NCBI GenBank assembly: GCA_965220155.1
Contig: OZ244810.1
Coordinates: forward strand, 3,445,298 to 3,509,297
Direction: 5' to 3'
Origin: Dehalococcoidia bacterium
Lineage (GTDB): Bacteria; Chloroflexota; Dehalococcoidia; SHYB01
DNA length: 64,000 bases
Part shown: one piece after another, positions 30,120-38,349 of the stretch
How positions within the stretch are numbered: position 1 is the first letter of the stretch
How the letters are laid out: each line of letters starts with the position of its first letter
Program-made: the position numbers and the translations under genes
Notes under the pieces: generated by a model
The model's input: the letters and a program-made list of their open reading frames with translations, nothing else
Database searches by the model: none
What the model was told of the DNA's origin: nothing

Positions 30120-30182
30120 CGATCCCGCAGGTCCCCGGACGGCGTGCTAGCTTCGGGCGACCCTTACCGGTCCGGGAGGCCC

Positions 30183-31925
30183 ATGACCAGCCAGCCATCG
30201 ACACGCTTCGAACGCAATGTCCCGGTCCCAATGCGGGACGAAACGGTGCTCCGCGCCGATGTCTACCGTCCCGACGACCGTGAGCCCCATCCGGTGCTGG
30301 TGAACCGGACGCCGTATGGCAAGGATGGGGTCCTCGCGTTCCTCAACACTTATCGCGCGGCCCAACGAGGGTATGTCGTCGTCGTCCAGGACTGCCGGGG
30401 CCGGTATGCCTCGGAGGGGGACTGGTACCCCTTCCTCAACGAGGGAGAGGACGGCTACGACACGATCGAGTGGGCCGCCGCCCAGCCATGGTCCACCGGA
30501 AAGGTTGGGATGTTCGGACCCTCGTATATGGGCGTTACCCAATGGCTTTGCGCCATGGCCCAGCCGCCGCACCTAGCGACCATCGCCCCCTCGGTCACCG
30601 CATCTGACTATCACGATGGGTGGGTCTACCAGTCGGGGGCCTTTCTCTTGGGCTTCGCCCTGAGCTGGACGCTATCGTCCTTTGCCGTCTCTCAGGCCCC
30701 GAGGCTGGGGCTTGGCAGGGAGGAGACCGCCGCTCTGCAGCGGGAGCTTGTCCGCGGGGTGGAGGAGCCGGGACCTTCGTACGGCCACCTGCCGGTCAAA
30801 GACTTGCCGCTGCTCCAGCACCCCGGGCTAGCGCCGTACTACCAGGACTGGCTCGAGCATCCCTCCGAGGACGAGTACTGGAAGCGCTGGAAGGTCCAGG
30901 ACTCTTACTCCAAGATCGGAGTCCCGGTTCTCAACATCGGCGGCTGGTACGACATCTTTCTGGGCGGGACCCTGCGCAACTTCACCGGGATGCGCCTGGG
31001 CGGCGGCTCTCCGGAGGCGAGGGAGCATTCGCAACTCATCGTCGGGCCCTGGGCCCATGCGGGGGCGTTCGGCAATGTCGTCGGCGACGTGAACTTCGGC
31101 TCCGGGGCCACCGGCGTTGCCATCGGGCTCGGCGCGAGGATTGGGAAGTGGTTCGATTACTGGCTGAAGGGTGAGCGAAACGGCATAACGGACGAGCCGC
31201 CGGTCACGGTCTTCACCATGGGTGCGGGTCAGTGGAAGACGCTCGAGCGGTGGCCCGGGGCCGACGTCGAATTCGTCAAGTGGTATCTCCACAGCCGGGG
31301 CAAGGCCAACAGCCTGGAAGGTGATGGGGCCCTGACTCCGGAAGCCCCGTCCGAGGAGCAGTTCGACTGCTATCTCTACGACCCGCGCAACCCAGTCCCC
31401 ACAAAAGGGGGCGGCCTCTGCTGCAGCCCCACCATGTCGCCGGGAGGCCCCTTCGACCAGCGCCCTATCGAGAGCCGGCCCGATGTCCTCGTGTACACCT
31501 CCGGCCCTCTCGAGCGCGACATGGAGGTCACGGGGCCCCTGACCGTGAAGCTGTGGGCGTCGTCATCAGCCATCGACACAGACTTTACAGCCAAGCTCGT
31601 GGACGTCCATCCGAACGGGTATGCGCAGAACCTGGCGGATAACCTGGTCCGCGCTCGGTACCGGGAATCCGTAGAAAACCCGGTGTTCCTGGAGCCGGAC
31701 AAGCCCTACGAGTACACCATCGATCTTTACGCTACCAGCAACGTGTTCAAGGCGGGACACGCAATACGGTTGGAGATTTCGAGCAGCAACTTTCCCCGGT
31801 TCGACCGCAATACCAACACGGGGGGTCTCATCGCCAGGGAGCGGGAGACGAGGCCCGCGCTTCAGATGGTCTTCCACGACGTCCAGAGGCCGTCGCACGT
31901 CGTGCTGCCCACCGTTCCGGCGTAG
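30183..31925 (+). CDS. CocE/NonD-family alpha/beta hydrolase (X-Pro dipeptidyl-peptidase S15-like)
   Basis: VLVNRTPYGKD and GPSYMG nucleophile-elbow motifs; about 580 aa with C-terminal beta-sandwich. Confidence 0.8.
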   Translation: MTSQPSTRFERNVPVPMRDETVLRADVYRPDDREPHPVLVNRTPYGKDGVLAFLNTYRAAQRGYVVVVQDCRGRYASEGDWYPFLNEGEDGYDTIEWAAAQPWSTGKVGMFGPSYMGVTQWLCAMAQPPHLATIAPSVTASDYHDGWVYQSGAFLLGFALSWTLSSFAVSQAPRLGLGREETAALQRELVRGVEEPGPSYGHLPVKDLPLLQHPGLAPYYQDWLEHPSEDEYWKRWKVQDSYSKIGVPVLNIGGWYDIFLGGTLRNFTGMRLGGGSPEAREHSQLIVGPWAHAGAFGNVVGDVNFGSGATGVAIGLGARIGKWFDYWLKGERNGITDEPPVTVFTMGAGQWKTLERWPGADVEFVKWYLHSRGKANSLEGDGALTPEAPSEEQFDCYLYDPRNPVPTKGGGLCCSPTMSPGGPFDQRPIESRPDVLVYTSGPLERDMEVTGPLTVKLWASSSAIDTDFTAKLVDVHPNGYAQNLADNLVRARYRESVENPVFLEPDKPYEYTIDLYATSNVFKAGHAIRLEISSSNFPRFDRNTNTGGLIARERETRPALQMVFHDVQRPSHVVLPTVPA

Positions 31926-31996
31926 AGGGGTTGGGGAGCCTATGTTCGAGTTTGATGGTTACGCCGAAGCGGTAAGCCGCTCCTGGTGGGATAGAC

Positions 31997-34069
31997 TCAC
32001 TGCGCGAGATCGGTCAGAAATTCCGACGCGGGCTTGACACCGGTTACGAGGAGATGGTCCCGAGCGCGTGTGCAGGCGACGTAGAGGAGATTCCTTTCCG
32101 TGTTGTAGACCTCCTCCAGGTCTTCCACCTCGGCGATGGACTCGATGCGCGACTGGCTGGGAATGACTTCGTCATCACACGCTATGACGGCGACGGCGCG
32201 GAACTCCAGTCCTTTCGCAAGATGCATCGTGCTCACAGAGACGCCGCCATCCGTGGGGTCTAAACTCTCAGAGAGCAAACGGTGCGGGAGGCCCGCGGCT
32301 TCGATACCGGAGAGTGCGCGTTGAATTTCACCGTCAGACCGAACGAAGACCGCGGTCTCGTCCGCTTTCATCCCTCTGCCGACCAAGTCCTTTAGCCAGT
32401 CCGCCAAGCAACCTGCTTCGCCCTCGACCGTCTCCAGCACCTTTATAACGGGACGGGGACCACTGAATACGGAAACTGTCGAACGACGCTCTTCAGTGTT
32501 GCCGTCGACGTCGGCCAACTCGGGACCCAGGAGGCGGTCCGCCTGATCCCGAATCTGGTGTGACGTCCGATAGTTGATGCGCAGCGTGTGAGAGCGTCCC
32601 CGGATGTCCACCCCCAGGGTCTTCCACGAGAATGGCTGTTGGAAGATGCGCTGACCGAGGTCGCCAGCGAAGAAGAGGCTGTTGCTGCTCCCTGATCCCA
32701 GCACCGCGAGGAACCGTAGCTGGGCTACACTCACGTCTTGGGCTTCGTCAACTACCACGAAGTCGAAGGGGCGACGTTCGCTCCCCTGGAACAGTGAAGC
32801 TAGCTTGTCGTACATCTCGGGATGCGTCATGAGTCCCTTGCTTCTCAGCCCGCTCCGGATGCGTTCGAAAACCGACCAGAGCTCCCGGCGATGACCCTCC
32901 GGCAGCCGTCGTCTGCGTCCAAGGCGCAACACGTCCCGGTAGGCTTCCCAGCTCTCCAACTGCCAATCGTCCACGACCTGTTCCCATTCCGCACTCAAGA
33001 ACTGCCGGGAGAACCTGTCAGAGCCAACTTCAGCGGCGGCTTCCTTAATGAGTTGGGCTATCACTGCCGGGGGCGCCACGGCGGCGGCGCCAAGGTTCCG
33101 CCGGTACAACTGTTGGCCAATGGCGGATATGGAACGCACCTCAACCCTCTCCCCGAGCCGAGGCTCGCCGCTTATCAGGACTCGCAGCTTTGCTCGCAGG
33201 GCGTTCGCCAGGGTGTCCGAAAACGTCGTCAGCAGCACCCTGCCGTGGTCGTTGGCCCGCGCCAGATGCACTGCCCGATGTAGGGCAACCACGGTCTTGC
33301 CGGTACCAGCCGAACCCGAGACTCTGGCCGGGCCACCGAAGTCGCGCTCCACAATATCTCGCTGCGCCGGATGCAAGAATACAGACCACCTCTCCCACGG
33401 GTAGTCGAGGGCCCGAGCGAGCTCTTCGTGGCCGGACACGACCAAAAAGCGGCGTTGGGCATCCGGGTGATCGAAGGGGCCGGTTCCAGCGGGAACCGGC
33501 TGGGGCAGGGGGACCTCTCCACCGGTTGCCAACTGAAGAAGCGCTTCTGCCGCTTCCCCTGGCAGGTGACCGGCCACGTCGAGAATCGTGTCCTCGTTGG
33601 CGTGGCGGACATCGTCCAACCAATCTTGCGGGATGCCATAGCTCAGGAGGCGGCCATCGGACACGCCCGCCAGCAGGGCCGGTTTGGGAGGAGCTTCAAG
33701 CTCCCTGGTGACGTATGTCGGAACCGCGACCTCCTGGACCGTCTCCCGCACCTCGACCAACTGGGCGGCGCCCGTATTCGGATGGGTCTCGAGCCTACGG
33801 CGTTCGGCCCATCTGTAGGCGCGGTCGTGGTGATCGACATAACACAGCAGGACACTGCTCTGCGACCGGTGGACGATGACCCGCAGGTCCTGGCTGACGC
33901 GGACGGACCAGAAGTTGGGGTCCCTGGCTGTGCTCAGCCGGTGGAGCTGATGCCCGGGCTGGGCTGGATTCACCTGGAAATCGAAGGCTACGGTCTTGAC
34001 GGCCCTCTGTTCGTCTCTAGTCAGCCTGGCAAGGCTGTCGATGAAGGTGTCGGCGATGCGGAACTGCAC
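31997..34069 (-). CDS. UvrD/REP-like SF1 helicase with N-terminal RelE/ParE-like domain
   Basis: Walker A GSAGTGKT, Walker B VVVDEAQD, motif VI TMHLAKGLEF. N-terminal ~100 aa show RelE/ParE-like pattern (WSVRVSQDLRVIVHR..VLLCYVDHHDRAY). Confidence 0.7.
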   Translation of the reverse strand: MQFRIADTFIDSLARLTRDEQRAVKTVAFDFQVNPAQPGHQLHRLSTARDPNFWSVRVSQDLRVIVHRSQSSVLLCYVDHHDRAYRWAERRRLETHPNTGAAQLVEVRETVQEVAVPTYVTRELEAPPKPALLAGVSDGRLLSYGIPQDWLDDVRHANEDTILDVAGHLPGEAAEALLQLATGGEVPLPQPVPAGTGPFDHPDAQRRFLVVSGHEELARALDYPWERWSVFLHPAQRDIVERDFGGPARVSGSAGTGKTVVALHRAVHLARANDHGRVLLTTFSDTLANALRAKLRVLISGEPRLGERVEVRSISAIGQQLYRRNLGAAAVAPPAVIAQLIKEAAAEVGSDRFSRQFLSAEWEQVVDDWQLESWEAYRDVLRLGRRRRLPEGHRRELWSVFERIRSGLRSKGLMTHPEMYDKLASLFQGSERRPFDFVVVDEAQDVSVAQLRFLAVLGSGSSNSLFFAGDLGQRIFQQPFSWKTLGVDIRGRSHTLRINYRTSHQIRDQADRLLGPELADVDGNTEERRSTVSVFSGPRPVIKVLETVEGEAGCLADWLKDLVGRGMKADETAVFVRSDGEIQRALSGIEAAGLPHRLLSESLDPTDGGVSVSTMHLAKGLEFRAVAVIACDDEVIPSQSRIESIAEVEDLEEVYNTERNLLYVACTRARDHLLVTGVKPASEFLTDLAQ

Positions 34070-34098
34070 ATACTACTCCTGCTTTAGTTCCAGCGCCC

Positions 34099-35019
34099 TT
34101 AGGACACCACTTGCCAATCTTGACGGGAGGACTCGACCTGGACCAGTCTTTCTTGCACACTGTCCAATCTCTGATGTAGTGATTTCGCGTTGCGTCGATC
34201 AAAGTACTTCGCCAGATATTCCCGAGCCGCTTCTATCACGAACATGCCTACCGGACTGAGAAGCTCACCATCAGTTGAGAGGTGATCGGATTTGGGTTCA
34301 AACCCTTCGTCCTTGGGCAGCAGATGGTTTTTGATCAGATCGACCCAGTCCCCGTGGATCGCGTGGGAAGGGATCCTTTCCAAGACGGTATATGCAGGCC
34401 AGTCGAACCCGATGGCGGTGAGTTTATCTCGGAAACTACCTCCCCAGCTTCCTGTTTTCGGGTTAACCTCTGCGAGTATCACCCGTGACTGTTCGCACGT
34501 GTCGTTTATTGAATTGAGCATACTCTCTTCGATAGCCAGTTTTTCTCCACCTCTGGCCCTTATATTTCCCTGAATAATGTCGTGAAGTTCGCACTCAGCG
34601 ACGAGGCTATTCTTTACGAATCTGTCGTAGATTGCATCATCGTCTTTGAGCAACAAATATCGAAGGTTTACTGCGGATTCAATGATACATCTGTTTAATG
34701 CTTGAACTGTTTCTCCGTGCTCAATATCAGCAGATAACTTAACGACCGATAGCATGAATTTGGATATGCGGACCAGCAATCCCGCACAGATACCCTGGTT
34801 ACGGTCGAACTTGAGTGCATCTCCAGTTGTGCCCATATAAGCGGCGCTACTGACGCAAGTCAATCCGACAGCTTCTTTATATAATTCGTACACCAGCGCT
34901 CCGAATTGGCCATTTGTTCGGCACGCCTCAAGCACTTCATCGGTTACCTCTACCGGAGGTCCCACGAGGTTTTCTATGTCGTCAATAGGTTCCACTACTA
35001 CAACGCCCCTGTTATTCAA
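34099..35019 (-). CDS. Hypothetical protein, markedly lower GC than neighbours (island orphan gene)
   Basis: 306-aa ORF tightly packed between mod and helicase genes (gaps 48 and 29 nt). No recognisable family; weak Rx6H (RIPSHAIH). Confidence 0.55.
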   Translation of the reverse strand: MNNRGVVVVEPIDDIENLVGPPVEVTDEVLEACRTNGQFGALVYELYKEAVGLTCVSSAAYMGTTGDALKFDRNQGICAGLLVRISKFMLSVVKLSADIEHGETVQALNRCIIESAVNLRYLLLKDDDAIYDRFVKNSLVAECELHDIIQGNIRARGGEKLAIEESMLNSINDTCEQSRVILAEVNPKTGSWGGSFRDKLTAIGFDWPAYTVLERIPSHAIHGDWVDLIKNHLLPKDEGFEPKSDHLSTDGELLSPVGMFVIEAAREYLAKYFDRRNAKSLHQRLDSVQERLVQVESSRQDWQVVS

Positions 35020-35067
35020 GTCGCAAGGGTAACGTAACCTTTGACAAACGCTGACCGAACATTTCCT

Positions 35068-37890
35068 TTACTCTACCCGGAAGACCTTCATCACCTCGTC
35101 GCCCAGGTGGTTGATGATCTTGACGGCGATGCGGCCGGTCGACGGCTTGCCAAAGGGGCGGGAGATGCCGCTGTGCAGGGTGGCCCAGGCGTCCGCATTG
35201 ATCTCGGCCTTCAGGGTGGTCTTGAGCGCCTTGTACGGGTCGCTGGCGCCTAGGAAGTAGGCGTGGCGGACGAAGAAGGCCTCCTGGTTGTAGTCGGTGT
35301 CGATGAACCAGCAGGCGATGCCGTCCGGCCCATCGCTGCGCACCTCCCCGGTGTTGGGGTGGAAGACGTCCACACCGTTGACCTTCACTTGAACCTGCCC
35401 GTCGTCGGCGTCGAGGATGTCGATATCCGGCTCTCCGAAAATGACGAACAGGTTGCCCTTACCCGTGTTCTTCAGATCGTCGGCCATGTGCAGGTCCGCG
35501 TTCATGCGGGCCTTGAGCACCGGAATGCGGCCCAGCTTCTCGAACTCCGTCGAATGGGCGTCGTAGTTGAAGGCGCAGGCGATGAGCACGTCGAATCTCG
35601 CGTCGGCGGCCTCCCGCGCCGCTTCCACCAGGTCGGGGCGGGAGACGGTGCCGAACTCCGGACCGACGAAGATGGCGGAGCGCCGCTCGGTGCCGGATCC
35701 CTCGTCTTCCGGTGTCCCTCCCTCCACGTAGCGGCCCTCGGCGCACACCAAGCGGCCCGGCCACGGCGCGAGGGAGGTGAACTCGATACGGTCCTCCCGG
35801 TGCGCCTGCTGCACGCCGGAGACCTTCAGGTTGTCGAGGATGACCTGGGCGAAGTCATACTCCCGCCCATACGCGGCGCCCGGCTCGGCGATGCGGTCGA
35901 AGGTGTCGCCGTGCTCGTCCACCTCCAGCGTCCGGTGGGGCGAGATGCTCTCGACGGTGAAGGGGCCTGCGACGCGGACCTTGCCCCGGTCCTCGTAGGG
36001 CTTGTCGTACAGGTACTCGTAGTCGGCCTTGGCGGCGATGGATGCGTCTATCTCTTTCCGCCGGGCGATGCGGGCCTGCCACCAGCTAGCGTGCGAGTCC
36101 TTTGCGCTCTTGGGCCAGGACTCATCAGCATCTCGGGGAATCTCCCACTCCTCCCATGACGTGCCCATGGCGCTGTTCAGTTTCTCCCGCAGGGGCTCGA
36201 GCTCCTCCTGGGCCGTCTCCCAGATGACGTCTATCTCGGCGTTGTTGGCGATGGCCCGCAGGGTGACGTGGGGCACCCGCTCGTAGACGAACCCCTGGCG
36301 GATGTCCCCGTAGGTGGGAGATTCCGAAGGGGCCTTGCGGGTGACCTCCGCCTCCTTGAGCTGCCCATTGCGGCTGTCGGCCAGCAGGTAGTAGGGGTAG
36401 CGGGCGCCCATGATGCGGGCGCGGGCTAGGGCCAGGGCGACGCGGGAGGTGTCGATGGTGATCCACCGCCGCCCCCACTGCTCAGCGACAAATGCCGTGG
36501 TTCCTCCTCCACAGGTGGGGTCCAGCACCAAGTCACCAGGGTCAGTTACCATGTTCATACACCGAGAGATGACCTTTGGATTAGTCTGGACAACGAAAGT
36601 CCGAGCCTCTGAGAAGCCGCTGACGGAGGTGTCTCGCCAAACATCTTGAATTGGTATAGCTAGAAAGTCGGCGAAGAACCTTTTGTAACGAAGGCTATTT
36701 CCTATTACAAACAACCGACCAGCTCTTCCCAGTCGCCTCATGCCCTCAGGCAGTGTCCGCCACCTCTGGCCGCTCGGTAGTCTGAACATTCGTTCTTGAA
36801 ACTCGAAGTTGAAAAGTGTGGTGCTCGCTGCACCAGCGGTGTATACACTCTGATGGCTGAACAGTCTGCCGTCGTAATTGTGGCCGAGCGCAGCAGCAGC
36901 GACCTCGTTGGATGTCAAAGTTCGGACATCTCCCGGGGTCGATTCAATCCACGTGTACTGGCTCGTTCCCTCTCCTCCGACCTCTTTCAACGCATAAGGC
37001 TTACGGAACTTCGCCTTCGAACGGTCTCTGGCAAACCAAAGGATGTAGTCGTTGACATTTGGCAGAAACTGCGCCTCAAGTCCCGCCGTCTTCATAAACG
37101 GGATCATATTCACGTAGTTGTCTCGCCCAAAGACCTCATCCATAAGCGCCCGGACGCGGTGGACGTTCTCCTCGCCGATCTGCACGAAGACGGAACCAGA
37201 GTCGGTGAGCAGGTCGCGGGCGACAGCAAGGCGGTCGCGCAGGTAGGTCAGGTGGGAGTGGATGCCGTCGCGCCAGGTGTCGCGGAAGGCCCTGACCTGC
37301 TCCGGCTCCCGGGTGATGTGCTCGCGGTTGCCGTCCCGCACGTCCCGGCTGGTGGTGGACCACTGGAAGTTGGAGTTGAACCGGATGCCGTAGGGCGGAT
37401 CGATGTAGATGCACTGGACCCTGCCCCGCAACCCCTCCCGCTCGGCCATCGACGCCATGACCTGGAGGCTGTCGCCCAGGACCATGCGGTTGGACCAGTT
37501 GGCGTCGTGCTGGTAGAACTCGGTCCTGGCGTCCTCGGAGGGCAGGCCGTTGAAGTCGGCGAACATGTCTGTCTGGTAGTCGCCGGAGCCATTGCCGTTC
37601 CTTGACCGGCGCACGAGGTCGTCGATGAGCGCCTTGGGATGCACCCGCTCCTGGATGTACAGAGGCGGCGCGTTGACCACCAGGTCGGACCAGTCCTGCT
37701 CGTCCTTGCCGCGCCAGACGAGCTGCGGGTCCAGGTCGCGGTTGCGCCGCTCGTAGGCGAGCCTGACCGGGCTCTGCTCCTCCTCGCGCATGAGAGGCTG
37801 GTGCTCCGCGCTGGGCAGGTTCCGGCGGGTGGACTCCTTGTGCTTAGTGGCCTCGACGGACTTGCGTTGATTGCCTCGCGCTCTGGGCAT
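35068..37890 (-). CDS. mod: N6-adenine DNA methyltransferase, beta-class (Type III Mod-like) with about 450-aa C-terminal extension
   Basis: Motif IV IYIDPPYG precedes motif I DPTCGGGTTAF (beta order), NYVNMIPF region; 940 aa. Confidence 0.8.
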   Translation of the reverse strand: MPRARGNQRKSVEATKHKESTRRNLPSAEHQPLMREEEQSPVRLAYERRNRDLDPQLVWRGKDEQDWSDLVVNAPPLYIQERVHPKALIDDLVRRSRNGNGSGDYQTDMFADFNGLPSEDARTEFYQHDANWSNRMVLGDSLQVMASMAEREGLRGRVQCIYIDPPYGIRFNSNFQWSTTSRDVRDGNREHITREPEQVRAFRDTWRDGIHSHLTYLRDRLAVARDLLTDSGSVFVQIGEENVHRVRALMDEVFGRDNYVNMIPFMKTAGLEAQFLPNVNDYILWFARDRSKAKFRKPYALKEVGGEGTSQYTWIESTPGDVRTLTSNEVAAAALGHNYDGRLFSHQSVYTAGAASTTLFNFEFQERMFRLPSGQRWRTLPEGMRRLGRAGRLFVIGNSLRYKRFFADFLAIPIQDVWRDTSVSGFSEARTFVVQTNPKVISRCMNMVTDPGDLVLDPTCGGGTTAFVAEQWGRRWITIDTSRVALALARARIMGARYPYYLLADSRNGQLKEAEVTRKAPSESPTYGDIRQGFVYERVPHVTLRAIANNAEIDVIWETAQEELEPLREKLNSAMGTSWEEWEIPRDADESWPKSAKDSHASWWQARIARRKEIDASIAAKADYEYLYDKPYEDRGKVRVAGPFTVESISPHRTLEVDEHGDTFDRIAEPGAAYGREYDFAQVILDNLKVSGVQQAHREDRIEFTSLAPWPGRLVCAEGRYVEGGTPEDEGSGTERRSAIFVGPEFGTVSRPDLVEAAREAADARFDVLIACAFNYDAHSTEFEKLGRIPVLKARMNADLHMADDLKNTGKGNLFVIFGEPDIDILDADDGQVQVKVNGVDVFHPNTGEVRSDGPDGIACWFIDTDYNQEAFFVRHAYFLGASDPYKALKTTLKAEINADAWATLHSGISRPFGKPSTGRIAVKIINHLGDEVMKVFRVE

Positions 37891-37929
37891 GAGCGTCGTT
37901 TTCCTCTCTACTGAACTATCCCGTGAAGA

Positions 37930-38349
37930 TCATTGGGCGCTGAAGGGGTCGAGCACTCGGACGCCCAACCCCTCAACGTCGGAAACGTTTCGAGTTATTA
38001 GGGTGACATCATGTACCATCGCGGTGGCGGCAAGCAGGCCGTCAACCACGGGAACCGGACGAATGGCGGATATCTGTCCCCACGTATCCGCAATCATTTC
38101 GTCGATGGGCAGGATGCGACCGGCAAAACTCAGAGCAGTTGCTCTGAGCCAGCTTTCCAGAACGTTGGTCCGCTGCGGATCACGCCTCCGTCGTATCTGT
38201 TCTATGCCTCTGCGCATCTCTCCAAGCGCCAATACGCTAAGAAATATGTCAGTTTCCTCCACCCCCGCGTACCAAGTTCTAACGTTGATGTCACAGCGGT
38301 CGCCTTTGCGGAGCTCCGAGATGACGTTGGTATCAAGCAGATATGTCAA
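37930..38349 (-). CDS. vapC: PIN-domain ribonuclease, VapC-like toxin (no cognate antitoxin gene)
   Basis: LLDTNVISE N-terminal acidic motif, conserved D/E/D, C-terminal ITRN. TTG start overlaps res stop (TTGA). Confidence 0.7.
   Translation of the reverse strand: MTYLLDTNVISELRKGDRCDINVRTWYAGVEETDIFLSVLALGEMRRGIEQIRRRRDPQRTNVLESWLRATALSFAGRILPIDEMIADTWGQISAIRPVPVVDGLLAATAMVHDVTLITRNVSDVEGLGVRVLDPFSAQ

Noticed and set aside
34850-34900. HEPN Rx4-6H motif in the 306-aa island ORF
   Set aside because: Only a single weak Rx6H (RIPSHAIH) without the surrounding helical pattern; insufficient to call HEPN.
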